DNA of 64,000 nt from positions 13,950,001 through 14,014,000 of the forward strand of contig CM059446.1 of NCBI GenBank assembly GCA_030390025.1. The letters run 5' to 3'. A program made the translations under genes and the position numbers. This DNA is from Squalus acanthias. Taxonomy: Eukaryota. Below, one piece after another: positions 61,205-64,000 of the stretch (position 1 is its first letter; every line of letters starts with the position of its first letter). A model generated the notes under the pieces. That model saw only the letters and a program-made list of their open reading frames with translations, did not search any database and had not been told where the DNA came from.

Positions 61205-61670
61205 TGGCTAACCGCCTGACTCTTACCATCTAACAAGGTTCAATTCAGGAGTGTGATGAAATGCTCAGCACTGGCCTGGAAGGGTGTAACCGCAAAAAGA
61301 CTCTAGAAGGTCAACACCAACCATAGCAAAACAGGCCTCTTGATCGGCACCCCTGCCACAGAACTCAATAAACACCTCCTCCACCGTGGGTGCATTGTGG
61401 CTGCAGTATGTACTATGTACAGGGTGCACTGCAGTAACTCTGCAAACTTACTTTGACAGTAACTCCCAGCCCCGCAACGTCTACCACCGAGATGGACAGG
61501 AACATCAATGTCATGGGAACACCATCACCTACAAGTTCTCCTCCAAGTCCCACATCATCCTGATTTGGACATATACCACTGTTCCTTCATCATCGCTGGG
61601 TCAACATCCTGGAATTCCCTACCCAACAACAGCGTGGGAGCTCTATCACTGCAAAGAGTACAGTGGTTGA
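61205..61670 (+). mobile_element. Decayed CR1-group LINE ORF2 C-terminal fragment
   Basis: caggagtgtgatgaaat..catgggaacaccatcacctacaagttctcctccaagtc..SFIIAGSTSWNSLPN; lies upstream, in family terms, of the tail at 37302. Confidence 0.7.
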
Positions 61671-62880
61671 AAGAAAAGATGTTGAACCAGATACCCAACT
61701 TCCTCACAGGGTACAAACATGAGCTCATTCAACTTTCTAAAGCAGGACGTATGCAGCAAGTTCACTTGGTCCCATTGTTTCTCGTCTTCATCAACAGTAC
61801 ACATTTAACATTTTAAAGACATAAGGGAATTTCTGATGCAATTGTAAGTGAGAGACATTATTACTTGGCACTGGAAATGCTAAAACTGCTGACTAAAATG
61901 GCTGGGCAAGGATTAACAAACACACTACCTGGAAAAAATGCAACTTCTAACCAGAAACCCAACATAAAACTGAAAGATGCTTAAGCCTAAGGTGGGTGCA
62001 ATACGAGCTAACTAAATGTTGTGCAGAGAAGGAAGACTTGGGGATTTCAACACTGTGATGAAGTTCTTTATTTGCAGAATACATATATAGAGTACAGTCG
62101 GTGATAAAAAAACATATAGAAAGTTACAGGGAAATTTGAGAACTATCAGCCAAGGAAAAAAATACCTGAGAGAGATGTTTTTAATTCAACAAAATAAGAA
62201 ATTGGGAAATTGATTACTAACTATATTATGGTGTTGTAGAACCCTGCAAACACTGTGATTTGATGAATAAAAGGAGTTGCATGATTTGTGCTTGAATTGT
62301 GTTTAGAGTCAGAAACAACAATGCCGGATAGAGGCTGCTGAGAGCTGGACCCCACGTTTAAGAACGTTGCCGAAATGCTATATGGTAAGAGCAGCTGAAG
62401 TTTCACAGTCTCAGATGAACCTAGCAAACACAAGTCCAAGCTAGTTACAGCTGATTTGGTTGACTACGGTTTTGTTTTTATAAAGAAACACCCTAAATTA
62501 TAAGACTCAGTGTCCAACATTTAGACAGGCAAGTATGGCTTAAATATAATTTTAATGTAAAAGTACGAGAAAAAAAAACTTCATTTATATAGTGATTTAT
62601 ATATCTCAAAAAACATCTCAAAGCATTTCACGTACAATCCAAATTAAATATCAAAATCAAGTTCTATAAAAATTTAAATATACTGTTCTGACTAAATGGC
62701 CAAAATGATGTTCATCCTAATATTGAAGAGGACCATCATGAACTGTCTATTTATGATCATTTGTTCACAGGAAGCAGAATCATTATCCTTAAAAATGTAA
62801 TGCCAGAGATGATGCGTTCATTATGGCCTTACTGGGACTGAAAAATAGCAATGGAAAATATCTCTCTCTCTATGAACCTT

Positions 62881-63143
62881 AATGAGAAGTCGCACAACAC
62901 CAGGTTATAGTCCAACAGATTTATTTAATTTTACAAGCTTTCGAAGCAGTTCGCTCCTTCGTCAGGTAAGTTAGGTAAATTGTGAATTCTGGGAGATTCT
63001 CTCATTGCTAACTTACCTGATGAAGGAGCGAACTGCTTCGAAAGCTTGTAAAATTAAATAAATCTGTTGGACTATAACCTGGTGTTGTGCGACTTCTCAT
63101 TTTTGTCCACCCCAGTCCAACGCCGGCATCTCCACATCATGAC
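62881..63143 (+). mobile_element. Palindromic Penelope-like mini-element, copy 2
   Basis: 94-bp inverted arms (62881-62974 / 63008-63101, 1 mismatch), 33-bp spacer, ~40-nt tail, and 13-bp TSD CTCTATGAACCTT (62868-62880, 63144-63156). Confidence 0.85.
63013..63051 (+). ncRNA. Minimal type I hammerhead ribozyme motif (mirror copy on - strand at 62931-62969)
   Basis: TTAC-CTGATGA-A-GGAGC-GAACT-GCTTC-GAAAGCTT-GTAA. Confidence 0.75.
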
Positions 63144-64000
63144 CTCTATGAACCTTCTCCATGCTGGAGATTGGTATCAAGTGCCTTCCACACTTTCCGT
63201 TCTCTGCACAGATGTTGAAGTTCCCCAGTCCTTTTCATCTAGCCGTATACTTCCTTGCCTATTACCTTTACCCTTTCCAGACAGTAACAACCCCAACCAC
63301 TTTCTTTTTGACTCGAGAATAATGTGCCCACAACGCTATTGTTCTCACTGGAATCAACCCCATAACTTCTCTCTTTTCTTGTGCTAGCTCAAGGATGCTC
63401 TTGTTAGGATGTAGAAAATTCATTCCAACCATATTGGGGTTAAAGGAGTGTCTGCACTAAGTGAGAGATGTTATATATTTGCTGACATTATAGATTATAT
63501 TCTGTGTGTGGTTTTTGTAATGTCCACTGCAAATTACAGATGAAGTAACCACAGCAACTCAAGAAGATTGAAAATCAGGAACCACCACCATCTCAAACAG
63601 AAGAAAAGACACAAAATGGCAGATTGATCAAACTTTTATAAAGCTGAAAGACTATGTTTAATAAAATGTGGCTTATAGTAAATGAATACAAGACCATACT
63701 AAAAGGGGGATCTAAAAAAAAGTTTGTAAGTAAACACTAACATAGCTTTATGGTTAACATACTTTCTTTACTAAGAGATGCAATCATATTGACACAATGC
63801 ATAGAAAAGAGTGAATCTTATGCTCTATCTAGCTGTTAAATTAGGTTATTCATATGTATCTGTTGAGTACAACGAGTTAGGACCAGTTCTGCGCTCAGTG
63901 TTTTAAGGCTCTGTGTATTACATGAAGCTTGGCTAGAAATAAAGACACCAAGTGGTGAAGAACCTGCTGAATGTGCTGAGACATCCAAAACCACCATTTA

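Overview
Eukaryotic, AT-rich (vertebrate-like), mostly non-coding DNA. The repeat complement (Deu-domain tRNA-SINEs, CR1, L2, RTE, Penelope-like and PIF/Harbinger elements) points to a cartilaginous fish (shark) genome, probably a large intron or gene desert; this attribution comes from recalled family similarity, not a search. No intact long CDS is present. The supplied ORFs are mostly chance ORFs or transposon fragments. One plausible 88-nt minus-strand host exon lies at 40546-40633 and cannot be assigned to a gene. Main contents: about 10 DeuSINE copies; many CR1/L2/RTE 3' fragments with resolvable nesting and target-site duplications (TSDs); three decayed two-gene Harbinger transposons (Myb/SANT gene plus DDE transposase); several MITEs; and a 2.2-kb 28-bp purine-rich minisatellite. 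The most interesting signal is a set of five small TSD-flanked Penelope-like inserts tied to minimal hammerhead ribozymes. Two are near-perfect ~95-bp palindromes carrying a hammerhead on each strand, with compensatory stem changes between the copies. One belongs to a second hammerhead family. Two are short inserts whose 5' ends fall at the predicted self-cleavage site.
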